From Prorocentrum cordatum (Eukaryota): a stretch of DNA of 54,933 nucleotides. Both the position numbers and the translations under genes were made by a program. Positions 24,540 through 36,564 of this stretch are shown here, in pieces. The stretch is from assembly GCA_963575745.1 (NCBI GenBank), contig CAUYUJ010000198.1, forward strand, positions 62,001 to 116,933, written 5' to 3'. How positions within the stretch are numbered: the stretch's first letter is position 1; each line of letters opens with the position of its first letter. The notes under the pieces are model-generated. The model did no database searches. It saw only the letters and a list, made by a program, of their open reading frames with translations, and was not told the DNA's origin.

Positions 24540-26890
24540 CTGCGGCGGGCCCTCAAGGAGAACTCAGGCGTTCCCCCTGGGGGTTCCGAGAGGCCCTCAC
24601 AAAAGCAAATGGCGTCACTCCACATGCTTTTGGGCCTTGGGATCCACCTGAAGCCGTCTTGAAGGCCCCTCGGGGGCGTCTTGGGACTCGCTTGGGCCTA
24701 CCCTGGGGCTTCAGGCGGCACTCGGGCAGCGCCTGGGAGCGCTCCGCGAAGACCCCAAGTGGGCCCGGAGGTACTCCAAAAGCAAGCGGAGTGACGCCAC
24801 TTGCTTTTGGGCCATCTTGGAGTCATTTGGGAGTTCTCTTGGGGGGCTCCTTGAAGCCTGTCGGGGTACTCTCGGAACTACCCCCGTGCTTCAAGCAGAA
24901 ATCAGGCGCGCTCCTGGGAGGCTCCAAAAGGGCCCCAGGTGCACCCCGAGAGGGCCAAAAGGAAATGGCGTCACTCCACTTGCTTTTGGGCTCTCTTGGG
25001 ATCCACCTGAAGCCGTCTTCGAAGCCTCCGTGATGTCTCGTAGAGCTCGCTCCTGCCTACCCTGCGGCTTCAGGCGGGACGGAAGCGGCCTCCGGGAGCG
25101 CTCGGAGAGCGCCCCAAGTGGGCCTGGAGAGAATCCACAAGCAAGTGGCGTCACTCGACTTGCTTGTGGGCCATCTTGGAAGGTTTTTGGAGACCCCTGG
25201 GAGTCTCCCTTTCAAGCCTCTCGGGGCCCTCTCGGAGCTACCCTGGGGCTCCAGGCAGAAGTCAGGCGAGCTCCCGGGAGGGTCCAACAAAGCCCCAAGT
25301 GCACCCCAAGAGGGTCCAGAAGAGAGTGGCATCACTCCACTTGCTTTGGGGCTCTCTCGGAATGCACTTCAAGCCACCTTCGAAGCCTCCTTGTGGTCTC
25401 GTGGGGCCCGCTTCTGCCTACCCTGCGGCTTCAGGCGGGACGGAAGCGGCCTCCGGGAGCGCTCGGAGAGCGCCCCAAGTGCTCCAAGTAGGCCCGGAGA
25501 GAGTCCACAAGCAAGTGGCGTCACTCCACTTGCTTTTGGGTTCTCTTGGAATCCGCTCGAAGCCGCTCCGAAAGCCCTTCTGGTGCCTCTTGGGGCCTGC
25601 TTGGGCCTACACTGGGGCTTCAGGCGGGACTTCGGCGGCGTCTCCAAAAGCAAGTGGAGTGACGCCACTTGCTTCTGGGCACTCTTGGAGTCCTTTTCGA
25701 GTTCTCTGGGTCTCCCCTTGAAGCCTCTCGGGGCCCTCTCGGAGCTACCACCCTGGGGCTCCAGGCAGAAGTCAGGCGGGGTCCTGGGAGGCTCCAGCAG
25801 GGCCCCAGGTGCACCCCAAGAGGGCCTGAAGGAAAGTGGCGTCACTCCACTTGCTTTTGGGCTCTCTTGGGATCCACCTGAAGCCATCTTCGAAGCCTCC
25901 TTGTGGTCTCGTGGGGCCCGCTCCTGCCTTCACGCGGCTTCAGACGGGACTCAGCCGGCCTCCGGGAGCGCTCGGAGAGCGCCCCAAGTGGACTGGCCCT
26001 CGAGGGAATCTGCGAAGCACCCTGCCTTCCTCTAAGAAGCCCTCCCCCCCTCCCCCTGCCCCCCGTCGGCGCGCCGACGAACCGTGGCCATCGTCAACTC
26101 GAGAACGGCCCCCGCGAATTGGCGACGACTGGCATGGACCGCGACCAAGACCGGCGTCGACGAGACCCCGCGACGGCAGGGTGGGGGAAGAGGGGGGAGG
26201 GGGGGGAGTGGAGGGACGTGGAGGAGGGCGGGGCGAGGGCAAGGAGAAAAGGGGGGGTGGGTGGCCCTGGACGTCGGTCCCCCTCCCCGAGCAGCCTGGC
26301 GAGCGCCGCCTCGATCTCTGATTTGCCTGGGCATCGGGCGCTTCGGAAAGAAATGAACCGCCAGAAATGAGCCGCTCCTGCCTGCCCCGCGGCTGCAGGC
26401 GGGACGGAGGCGGCCTCCGGGAGCGCTCAGAGAGCGCCCCAAGTGCTCCAAGTGGGCCCGGAGAGAGTCCACAAGCAAGTGGCGTCACTGCACTTGCTTT
26501 TGGGCTCTCTTGGAATCCGCTCGAAGCTGGTCAGAAAGCCCTCCTGGGGCCTCTTGGGGCCTTGGGCCTACCCTTGGGCTTCATGCAGGACTTCGGCGGC
26601 GCCTGGGAGCGCTCCGAGAAGGCCCCAAATGGGCCCAGAGAGGATCCACAAGCAAGTAGAGTGACGCCAGTCCTTTGAGTCCTTTTGGAGTTCATTTGGA
26701 GCTCTCCGGGGGGTCCTTTTGGAGCTCTCCATGGGTCTCCCCTTGAAGCCTCTCGGGGCCCTCTCGGAGCTACCCTGGGGCTCCAGGGAGAAGTCAGGCA
26801 GGCTGAGAGGCTCCAACAGGGCCACAAGTGCTCCCCAAGAGGGCTCAAAGAGGAAATGGCGTCACTCCACTTGCTTTTGGGCTCTCTCGG
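24540..26890. repeat. ~180-bp satellite (11 units) carrying a ~35-bp palindrome, interrupted at ~25990-26365
   Basis: CCAAAAGCAAGTGG-(7 nt)-CCACTTGCTTTTGG-like motif at about 24600, 24776, 24955, 25135, 25316, 25505, 25644, 25826, 26469, 26646 and 26846. Confidence 0.9.
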
Positions 26891-27104
26891 AATGGGCGCC
26901 TCTTGGGCTGTCTGGGGGCCATGTTCGGCAGTCTTGCGCCGTCTCCTGCGCCATCGGGGCTTCTCCGAAGGCGACCGAGGCGGCTCCGAGGGCCCGCCCG
27001 GAGCTGCCCGGGCCCTGGGGGTACTCTGGCCGGCCCGGAGGGGACCGGCTCGCTGCCACCGCTCGCCGTTTTCGTGCGCGCTGTTCACGGTTTTGTAGGA
27101 GAGA

Positions 27105-27419
27105 AAATCGTCGGGCTCCAGCTTCGCCTCCAGCGACTCACGGAGCAACCCCAGCGCCTGCTGCCACTGCTCTCCCTTCTCGCACGCGCTGATCCCCGCG
27201 CTGTAGCTGAAGCAATCGGGATCCAGCTTCGCCTCCGACATTTCGCTGAGCAGCGCCAGCGCCCGCTGCCACTGCTTGCCTTTCTCGCACGCGCTGATCC
27301 CTGCGCTGTAGCTGATGCCATCGGGATCAAGCCTCGCCCCCCGCATCTCGCGAAGCAGCCCCAGCGCCCGTTGCCACTGCCCGCCCTTCTCGCACGCGCT
27401 GATCCCAGCGTTGTAGCTG
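27105..27419 (-). pseudogene. PPR fragment, 3 intact motifs
   Basis: SYNAGISACEKGGQWQRALGLLREMRGARLDPDGI SYSAGISACEKGKQWQRALALLSEMSEAKLDPDCF SYSAGISACEKGEQWQQALGLLRESLEAKLEPDD (35-aa period). Confidence 0.92.
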
Positions 27420-27448
27420 CCAGTGTGCACCCGTGGATGAAATCCGCG
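27420..27448 (-). mobile_element. Divergent Helitron-like 3' terminus
   Basis: CGCGGAT-TTC-ATCCACG GGTGCACA CTG, then GCAGCTACAAC; same spacing and PPR position as the other copies. Confidence 0.45.
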
Positions 27449-30400
27449 GCGTGCTGAACCCAGGAGTCGAACGCCGAGGGTGAACAGCTCGTCGAAGCTG
27501 AACAGCTCGGGCGTCCCTGGGGCCGTGCCGGGACTGTATCGGGCCCTCCTGCGAGCCTGCCTGGGGCGTCTGGAAGGTCTCGTGCGGTTTCTGAGCGCCC
27601 CTGGGGCGTGCTGTGAGGCTGCAATCAGAAGGTCCCCCCTGTCACCCCTGAGGTTGCATTCGCTGCAGGACTTACTGCAGGCTCTAGGAGCCGGGTCCGG
27701 CGGGGGGGCCTGCTCCATCTCGGAGTGGTCCAGGGAGGGATTTCGTGGACAGAGGGCTCTGCTCGGCCGCAGGGGCGGAGCGAGATGCTGGTCCCCGCAG
27801 TGCCTGCAAGTCCACCCCCCCTGTCGCCCCTAGTCGGGCAGTCGGACGTTAAAAAGAGGGGGAGCGACCGAAGTGGCTGCAGGTCCGGAGGGCCGTCCCC
27901 AGAGCGGCCAGAGCCTCGATGAGGGAAGGAGGAAAAGATCAGAGGAGAAGGTCCCCCCTGTCACCCCTGATCGGCCGCAGGGGGGGGATCCATCGGGCGC
28001 CGCTGACGCCACTGGTCTGGCCTCGGCGAGGTCCCAGCGGGGGCCGCCGGGGGCGGCCGCACAGCTTCGACATCCCAGTTGGTTTTGTCCAGGAGCTCTG
28101 CGGGGCCGTCCTGGAACGCTCGTGGAGCCTCCGCGGGGCCCCATTGGGGGCGACGCCGCCGGCGCAGCCTCGGCGAGGCCTCCTCGGAGCCCGCGGCCCT
28201 GGCCAGACAAATTTGACATCCCTGTCGGGTGTGTCGTGGGGCGCTCGAGGGGCTTCGAACCGCGGGGCCCTCCTGCCCCGGTCTGGGGACCCCATGGGGT
28301 CCTGGGGGGCTGTTATGCCGGTCTTTGTGCCCATTCTCTCCGTGCTCATTTCGAGCGTCCCGAGTTGAAGGTCGAGGGTTGTGATGTTCCAGCCTACTTT
28401 CGCCTAGACCGCCATAAAGAATTTCGAGCACCAGGGCAGTACCGAAACTGGAAGGCCTTCACGTGTCGGGCCCTGGGTCGGCTGCAGGGGGCCGAGGCCG
28501 TGCGGGAGCCCGCTCTGGGACCGTCCAGGGGCTGGCTCGGGGGGCCCGTGCAGCTCTGTTGGGCCCGTCTTGGGGCTCTCGTGGGGCGTCTGCCGTCCAA
28601 AAGGCTGTTGTAGAGGCATCTCGGGCAAGACCGAGACCATTTCGGAGCTCCCAGGAGCCGTGTGGAGCTGCTCCAGGCCGTCTGGAGCGTCTCCGGGCCC
28701 GAAATTGAGAGAACCTGGAAAACCGTCAAGACATTACGAAAATGCATACTTTTTTTGGCCAATCGGGCCGTCATGGGGGTGCTCTGCGGTCGTCTTGGAG
28801 GTCTCTTTCTGGTCCTGGGGCCCTCTGGGAAGTCTCGGGGGTAGCTTGGGCCTTGGTGGGACTCCAGCAGCTTGGCCCCAGCGCACGGCTCGTTCGCCCC
28901 AGTCTCACTGGGGGTAGTTTCGCAGTCTCTCGGGGATGTGCGTCAAAGTCGGAGCCAATCTGAGGCGTCTCTAGCGACCAGGGAAGGGCTCGGGAGGCCC
29001 TCGGGGAAAGCCACCGGGAGCGCCGGGGAGGCTCGCAAGGATCTCTCGGGAGGGCCCAAGAGAGCTTCAAGAGGGCATGATATCTGATAAACAACATTTT
29101 AACAACAACAGGGGGCATGCTATCTGTTGGGTCGGACGTGCTGTCTTGTTAGATTGCTGTTACATTGGAGTCCCTCTGGGGCGCCTCCTGGGCTCCTGAT
29201 TGGGCGGCCGAGAGGCTTGCAGAACGGATCCGGGAGCCCACCCCTTCTGTCGGGGGCAGTTTTGAAGTCTCTCGGGGATGTGCGCCAAAGTCGGAGCCAA
29301 TCTGAGGCGTCTCAGGAGCGCCCAAGAAAGGCTGAGTAGGCCCTCGGGGAAAGCCGCCGGGAGCGCCGGGGAGGCTCGCAGGGAGCCCCAGAGAGGACCC
29401 AATAATGCTTCAAGAGGGTGTGCAATTTTGAAGGGGCCCCAGGACACACAAGTAAATACACACAAATAAAAATGTTCCCCATATTTTCCCATATGTTCTG
29501 GGTTTCTGTCTTCCCCCCCACTTCCCATATTTTCCCATATTTTCTGGGGAATCGAGGATTAATTGTGTCTGTGTGTTTTTTCCTCTCCTGAAATTTGAAA
29601 AGATCTTACCAGAAATCGCTGTTGGGTCGGACGTGCTCCGCTTCGCTGGGGAGGCCGTTCTGCTGGAGTGCTGTGGACGGCGAAGCTCTCTCTTGGGCGT
29701 GTCCGGAGCGCCGGGCGGGGCCCCTCTTCGGGGCAGTTTTGACGCCTCCTTCGGCCTCTTGAGGGGTTGGGGGCCTGACAGGTCCTCTGCTGGGCCTCTT
29801 CGATTGAACACGGGTGTTGGGGCCTGCGTTCTGCCTCGCACCTCTCGTCCGCCCCCCTTCTGTTGGGAGGAACTCCGTTGCCACCGATGGCCTCTTGGGG
29901 GCCGTGTGGGGGCCTCTTGGGGCTTCTGTTCGGCTTCGAGGGGGCCAATTGGGGCCCTCTTGGGCTCTCGTCGGAGCCGTTTGGGCCGTCTCGGAACCGT
30001 CCTGGGCCGTCTTGAGCGCTTCTTGGACCGTCTAGGGGCCGTCGTGGACCGTCTTGGGCGGCTCTTGGGGCTGTCTTGGGTGCCTTCGGGGCCGTCTTGG
30101 GGCCGTGGTGGGCCGTCTTGGGCGCCTATGGGGTCGTCTTCTGGCCGTCTTGTGCCGTCAAGGGCCGTCTTTTGGACCGTCTTGGGTGCCTCTGGGGCTG
30201 TCTTGGGCGCCTCTTGGGCCGTCGTTTTGGGGCCCTGATGGGGGCATCTGGTGCCGATCTTGGAGGGCCCTGTGGCCGTCGTGGACGCGTCGGAGACGAA
30301 AAGCACGAGAATGCCAAAAATGTAAGTTTTCCGATTGGAGTGGAGCGATTTTTTGCGGCCGCACCGGTCTCGTGAGTGGGTCGGAGCGCCCCTGGGGCTG

Positions 30401-30864
30401 TCGGGGTGGCCTCCGGAGCGGCTCGGAGCCGTCTTGGGGTCGTCGGGGCGCCGTCTTGAGCGGATGCGGGACGTCTTGAGGCCGTCGTGGCGGCCTCTGG
30501 AGCGTCTCGGAGCCGTCGTGAGGCCGTCGGGGCGCCTTCTTCAGCGGCTCGGAGGCGCCGGAGAACACTCTGTCCAGAAACTCTTCTGTTCGGACGTTTT
30601 GGGTGCGGCCCCAAAAGGCCGGCGTAGGCGCTTCTTGGGCCGTCTTGGGCCGCTCCTGGGGTGCCTCTTGGGCCGTCTTCGTCGCGGAGCCATCCTGGGC
30701 CGTCGTGTCACCGTCTCTGGGCACTCTTGGAGCGTCTCGGGGCTCTCTTGGAGGCTTCCTGGGCCGCGTTGGGACGACCTCGCAGGGTCTTGGAGCCGCG
30801 TTGGGCCGCTCTAGGGCTCAGATGGCAAGAGCCCGGGAATCCTTCAAAAAGCAATGGAATCTAT

Positions 30865-31000
30865 GCATGTTTATTTCTATGTATATATGTATATACATAT
30901 ATATGTATTTACATATATGTGTATATATATATACATATATATGTATTTCTATATGTACATGTATATATATATATGTATATGTATATATATGTATATATAT
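30865..31000. repeat. (TA)n/(TATG)n AT-rich microsatellite
   Basis: Directly visible. Confidence 0.95.
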
Positions 31001-32157
31001 TGGGCCGTCTCGGGCCTTGACGGGAAGTTTCCTCGGCCGTCTTGGGAGGCTCGTCTCCTGTCGTCGGGCACTTTTGGGCCGCCCTGGGGCTCACTGGAAG
31101 TCCGCTCGGGCCGTCGGGGCGCTCACGTGGGCGGCTCTGAGCCGTCCTGGGGGCCGTCCCGGGCCCTCTGGCCTCCGTGGGGATGCCCTCCGACGCGGTC
31201 GTGGGGCGCCCTGCGGGGCCGCCCGGGAGCTCGCGGGGCCCCGCCGAAGGGCTCCACTGACGTTCGAATCTTTTCCTTCCGGCACGCGCTTCTGCCCGCC
31301 ATGTGTAGGGGAGACCAGGGCCCCACGTCGTCTAACCTGTTGGGCCGTCCCTGAGCTCTCTGTGAGCCCTCTTGTGCGGCTCCCTGGGGCCCGTCTGGGG
31401 GGCTCCTGGGGGCTCTCTCGCGCCGTCTCGGGTCTCTCTTGGGCTATTTTGGGCTCCTCACAGAGCCGTCTTGGAGCACTCTTGAACCGTCTTGGGGCCT
31501 TTGCCAGAACCTCTAGAGTCTTGGAACATTCGCGGGGGGCCCAGGAGCCGTCTTGGGCCGCTCAGAGCTCGAAATTGCGAGAACCCCAAAATCAGGCAAC
31601 AACCATAAAATCATAAATGGTTTTTGGCCACCGCGAGCCGTCTGGACGGCCTCCTGGGCCGTCTGGGCTTCGTAATGTGCGCCAATTATCGTCCTCGTCC
31701 CTCCGAGAGCCCAGGAAGATGTCTTTCCCTCGCTCCCGGAGCTGTCGTGGAGCACTCTTCGGCAGCGTCGAGGCTCTCATCGGGGCCTTGTGGGCAGTCT
31801 TGGTGCGTCTCGGGTGGGTCCTGAAGCTTGGCTGGGCTGTCTTTGCGCGAAATCCCGAAAACCCGAAGAACTCGGACAAACATACGCAAAATCAATAATT
31901 TCGGCCGCCTCGGGCAGGGGCATTCTGGTGGCCTCTGGGGCGGCCTTCGGGCGATCTTGGCGTTTCGGAGCGCTCGCCGGCCGCCTCGGAGGCATCTAGG
32001 ACTAGCATGGGGATCGCGGACAGAATTTAACAAAGCACCTTCGTGTTAACTGTCGTCCGCACCTCGCCGAGGCTCGGCGGCTGCCCCGCAGCGTTTTTGG
32101 AGCCTTTTGGTTCCCAGGCCCTTTTCGCACGCACGCATGCCTGCAATGTAGGTGCGA

Positions 32158-32186
32158 CTAGGGCTGACCCGTGGACTACGTCCAAG
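32158..32186 (-). mobile_element. Helitron-like 3' terminus at a head-to-tail junction
   Basis: TGGAC-GTA-GTCCA CGGGTCAGCC CTAG|TCGC ACC TAC ATT GCA GGC ATG CGT GCG TGC GAA AAG GGC. Confidence 0.62.
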
Positions 32187-33484
32187 AAATCTGCACGAAC
32201 GTTGCCGAAGTGAGATGTTTCCCACTCCCCAAAGCCCTCCCCCGGGAGCCTGGCCCGGTCGATTTGGAGGGGGGGGGGAGAGGTCCCCCGGGAGGTGGGT
32301 GAACGCGCGTGGGGGGGGCAGAAGGCCCCAAAACAGGTCAAAAGGCATGGGGTCGTCCCCGAGGGCCACGAATCGCTGAAAGATCGATCCAAAACGCCCA
32401 TGCTGGCCTCCCGAAAGCCCAAGAAGCCCTCAAGACGCCCCAAGAAGCCCCCAAGAGGCGCCCCAAGAGGGCCTCCTGAAGCAAACATCGTCCCAGTCCC
32501 ATCGGAAAACGTGCGCGTTTTTAGCATAGACGGCCCAAGAGGCCGTGAAGATCGCCCCAAGACGGGCCAAGAGGCCCCCAAGAGTGCTCCAAGACGACCC
32601 AAGAGGGCCCCAAGACGGCCCAAGAACCCCCCTAAGACGGCCCAGGAGGGTCCCAAAACAACCCCAAGAGGGGGCCCAGTGTGGGAACCCGAACAAACAT
32701 TTCGAGTCATCCACCCGAAGACGCCTCCGGGTTGCCCCAAGGAGCTCCCAACAGGCCCCCAGGGAGCCCCAAGATGGCCGCAACAAGCCCCCACGAGGAC
32801 CCCAGGAGGCCTCCAGGAGGCCCCCAAGAGGTTCAAACAACTGCCTCCAAGACGCCCCCGAGACGCCTCCCACGAGACCCCATCAGCCATCCGAGTGGCC
32901 TCAGACTCGCAACCCAAGCACGGTGGCGGGATGCCGAAAGCCATTCGATAATCATTCGTCGGGTGTTTTGACATATGCCCTCTATCTGTATGCGTGGGTT
33001 CTCGACCGTTTCCCCACGCGTGCCCGTTACCCTGTGAACTACCCAACCCATGTGCATCAAGTGGCAAAAGGAGCTGGCCCAAACTTGCCAGGACAGTGAC
33101 AGTGCAGGCGCCGTTATATGTTGTGCAAGCTACATGGGATGCGCTCACGTGCCACGATTCACAAGACAACAACGGAAGGACAAGGAGCGAGGGCCCAGGC
33201 TTGAGGAGGACACGCGGGAACGACGGGCATGAGAAGGACGCTTTGGGGGCCGAACCGTCAGCGCGGCAGCAGCAGAGGGAAGGTGGCAGGGGGCAGAGGA
33301 CCACGACGATAGGGACGGGAGGAGACCGAAGAGTATTGCTTTTGTCGGTGGTACGCCAAAGAGTCAGCGCTGCCTGCGCCATGTCGCCGCGGCGCTCGAA
33401 CACATTATTCAACCTGCTGATAGTGAGTGCAATAACCACGCAGGCGCCGCCGCGGCAGCACGTGCCAGACCTCCTCCCCCAGTT

Positions 33485-33592
33485 CCTCCTCCTCCTCCTC
33501 CTCCTCCTCTTCCTCTTCCACCTCGTCTTCCCCTTCCTCCTCTTCCGCCTTCTCCTCCTCCTCCTCCTCCTCCTCCTCCTCCATTCCTCCTC
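33485..33592. repeat. (CCT)n simple repeat; similar tracts at 9527-9570 and 40890-40940
   Basis: Directly visible. Confidence 0.93.
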
Positions 33593-33644
33593 TGCCGCAC
33601 GTGGACCCCTCAAAACGGCGAGTTTCATCTGAGTCTGAATAGGG

Positions 33645-34885
33645 CGTCACTCCGCTGGGCCCCCCAGCAGCGCTCGACAATGGCGACAGCTTCGCACATC
33701 GCAGCCCCACAAGGATTGCGAGGTCTCCTGGTGATCTGGGTAAGATGTCACTTCGCTGGACCCCCCAGCAGCCGTCGAAAGTGGCGACAGCTTCGCAGAT
33801 CATATCCCCCCAGGGATGGCGAGGTCTCATGGTGGTCTGGGTAAGCTGAGCAAAATGCGCGCGGGGTAAGAAGACAGCGAGGTGGTTGTGTGTTTGGCCA
33901 GCTTGGCATCTTGCTCTGTGTCGGCGCCCCCTTTTCCTCCGCGCCTGTCCGCACATTGTCTGTCCTGGCGGCTGTGCGTTCGGGGGGGGGGGGGTGTGGG
34001 GTGGCGCCGGCTGCGGCGACACACCTCGCCTGGGGACCGCCGTGCTTGGGGGATCCGTGGTCAGCGCCAGGTCGGGATGTGAGGTAGGCGTGGTGGCAGT
34101 GGCCCGTGGACATCGTGCACGCCGCTCGCGGACCAAATCCCCATGAACCTCGCGCCATACGTGCAGCGCGTGGGGAGGCGGACCACTCACCCATCCCACC
34201 ATCACAGGGGGATGCGAAGCCCCTGTGAGTGGGACGTGGTGGGTAAGAGGGGCCATCATAGGCACCTCGCACTCAATTCGAGACCATCCGAAAGGCTCGT
34301 TTTGGGAAGAAGGTCATCACAGGCCTTCAACCTCAACATCTTCTTGAACACGGTTCGGGGCCGGATTCGCGATTCGCATCATGGCGGTCCTCGAGGTGGG
34401 CAACATAGCCGCCTCACCATGGCCAATCAGTTCATGTTTTTGTTATTGGCTTCATTACATGTGTTGCATGCTCTCCCCCAGCAGCTGTCGAAAGTGGCGA
34501 CAGCTTCGCACATCGCAGCCCTACAGGGATGGCAAGGTCTCCTGGTGGTCTGTGTAAGAAGTCACTCCGCTGGACCCCCCAGCAGCCCTGGAAAGTGGCG
34601 ACAGCTTCGCACATCGCAGCCTCAAAGGGATGGCGAGGTCTCCTGGTGGTCTGGGTAAGACGTCACTCCGATGGACAACCCAGCAGCGAAAGTGGCGACA
34701 GCTTCGCAGATCGCAGCTCCCCCCCCCAGGGATGGCGAGGTCTCCAGGGGGGCTGGGTAAGACGTCACTCCGCTGCACCCCCCAGCAGCCCTCGAAAGTG
34801 GCGACAGCTTCGCACATCGCAGCCCCACAGGGATAGCAATGCCGCCTGGTGGTCTGGGGAAGACGTCACTCCGCTGGACCCCTCA
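33645..34885. repeat. ~103-bp tandem repeat (2 + ~4 units) split by a ~620-bp insert at about 33850-34470
   Basis: Unit GTCACTCCGCTGGACCCCCCAGCAGCC.TCGAAAGTGGCGACAGCTTCGCACATCGCAGCCCC...GGCGAGGTCTCCTGGTGGTCTGGGTAAGAC. Confidence 0.88.
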
Positions 34886-36251
34886 GCGAAGGCTTTCCAA
34901 ACCGATTCGGGGAACACATGGTCCGATAGCTTGGCAGGTCTGGCCTTTACGTTCGGCCACATAGGCGCTTCCCAAAAAGGCAGGGGGCGGCGGTGATTCG
35001 CCGTAGGCGCCCTCGATAATCCATCGTCGGGTGTTTTGACAGATGCCCTCCGTCTGTACACGCGGGTTCTCGCCCCATTCCTCATGCGTGCACGGCGAAT
35101 ACTGAGGATGTCAGCCCAAGAGGCCCCGAAAAGGCCCCCATGAAGCCCCAACAGAGCTCCAAGAAGCTTTCAAAAAGCGCACAAGAGGCCCTCAGGAGCA
35201 ACACGCAACAACCGCCAATTCCCCAAGGGGTCGGCGGTGTGGCGTGAGCCCAAGAATCTGCACGAACGCTGCCGAACGGCCGACATATGATGACATGGGG
35301 CTCGAATGTCGTATTCCGCGCATGCAACTGCGTGCTGCTGCTTGCTGCCGCTGCTGTGTGCTGCTGGTAATGCTTACCGCTGCTGCGTGCTGCTGCATGC
35401 TGCTGTGTACTGCTGCTTGTAGCTGCAGGGTACTGCTGATGGCCTGTTCTAGTTTGTGTGCGGTTGCCCGCTAACTGCTGTTGCTGTGCGCTCCCGCTGC
35501 TGCTGCCCGCTTCGCGCTGCTGCCTTTCGCTGCTGCTGCTTGATGCTGCAGGGTGATGCCTATGATTACTTCAGCGTTCTGGGGCAGACTGCTGACGGGA
35601 GAGGATCGGAGAGCGAGGAGTCAGGTCGAGAACGTCAAGGAGGTCGAGGGGGAGAAGCGATGGGCGATCAGCGAAGAGCGAGGAGCGAGAAGGGATGAGC
35701 GAGGGCAGAGGGGCGATGGGCGAGGAGCGTCGAGGTTCGAAGAGGTTTGCCGTCCTTTTGCAACTCTGGGGACTACTCTCGCTCGCCATCGCTTGGACGT
35801 CCATTCCCTGTGCACGTTTCGATTTCGTGCGTATTTTTTCGCAACGTGAACAAACATGCTCCTCGATGGTCCTTGCCGGTAAAAAATGCCCACGTCCGAG
35901 CGATGCCAAGCTCGGGCTCCGGGACCGTCAAACGTTGACCAAGGGGGAGAGGCCCAATCAGGACAGACCCCCCCCCCAGGGTCTGGGGACCCGTTCCTCG
36001 GGGATTTCATCGATTTCGAGGGTGCGTTGGGTAGGAGGCTGGAGGAGTCAATTGCTGCTTCGTGTTTGTTCAGGCTGCTTGCTGCTAGTGCTGCTTGCTG
36101 GCTGGCTGGCTGGCTGGCTGGATTAATTGCTGCTGGTTTGCTTGCCTGCTGACTTGCTGCTTGCTGCTGCTGGTTCCTGCAGCTGCTTCCTTCCGAAAGC
36201 TGTGACGGGGTCTCCTGGGCTGAATCTATGCCTTTGAGGGTGGCTGGTCCC

Positions 36252-36350
36252 AGGAGGAGGAGGAGGAGGAGGAGGAGGAGGAGGAGGAGGAGGAGGAGGG
36301 CGGGCAGGAAAAGGAGGAGGAGGAGGAGGAGGAGGAGGAGGAGGAGGAGC

Positions 36351-36423
<73 letters not shown>

Positions 36424-36424
36424 A

Positions 36425-36495
<71 letters not shown>

Positions 36496-36564
36496 AATGA
36501 TGATGATGATGATGATGATGATGAGGAGGAGGAGGAGGAGGAGGAGGAGGAGGAGGAGGAGGAG
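36252..36564. repeat. Compound microsatellite (GGA)n-(GAT)n-(GGA)n
   Basis: Directly visible. Confidence 0.97.

Noticed and set aside
24599..26880. CRISPR-like appearance of regularly spaced palindromic repeats
   Set aside because: The intervening ~145-bp segments are homologous to each other rather than unique spacers, there are no cas genes, and the context is eukaryotic.
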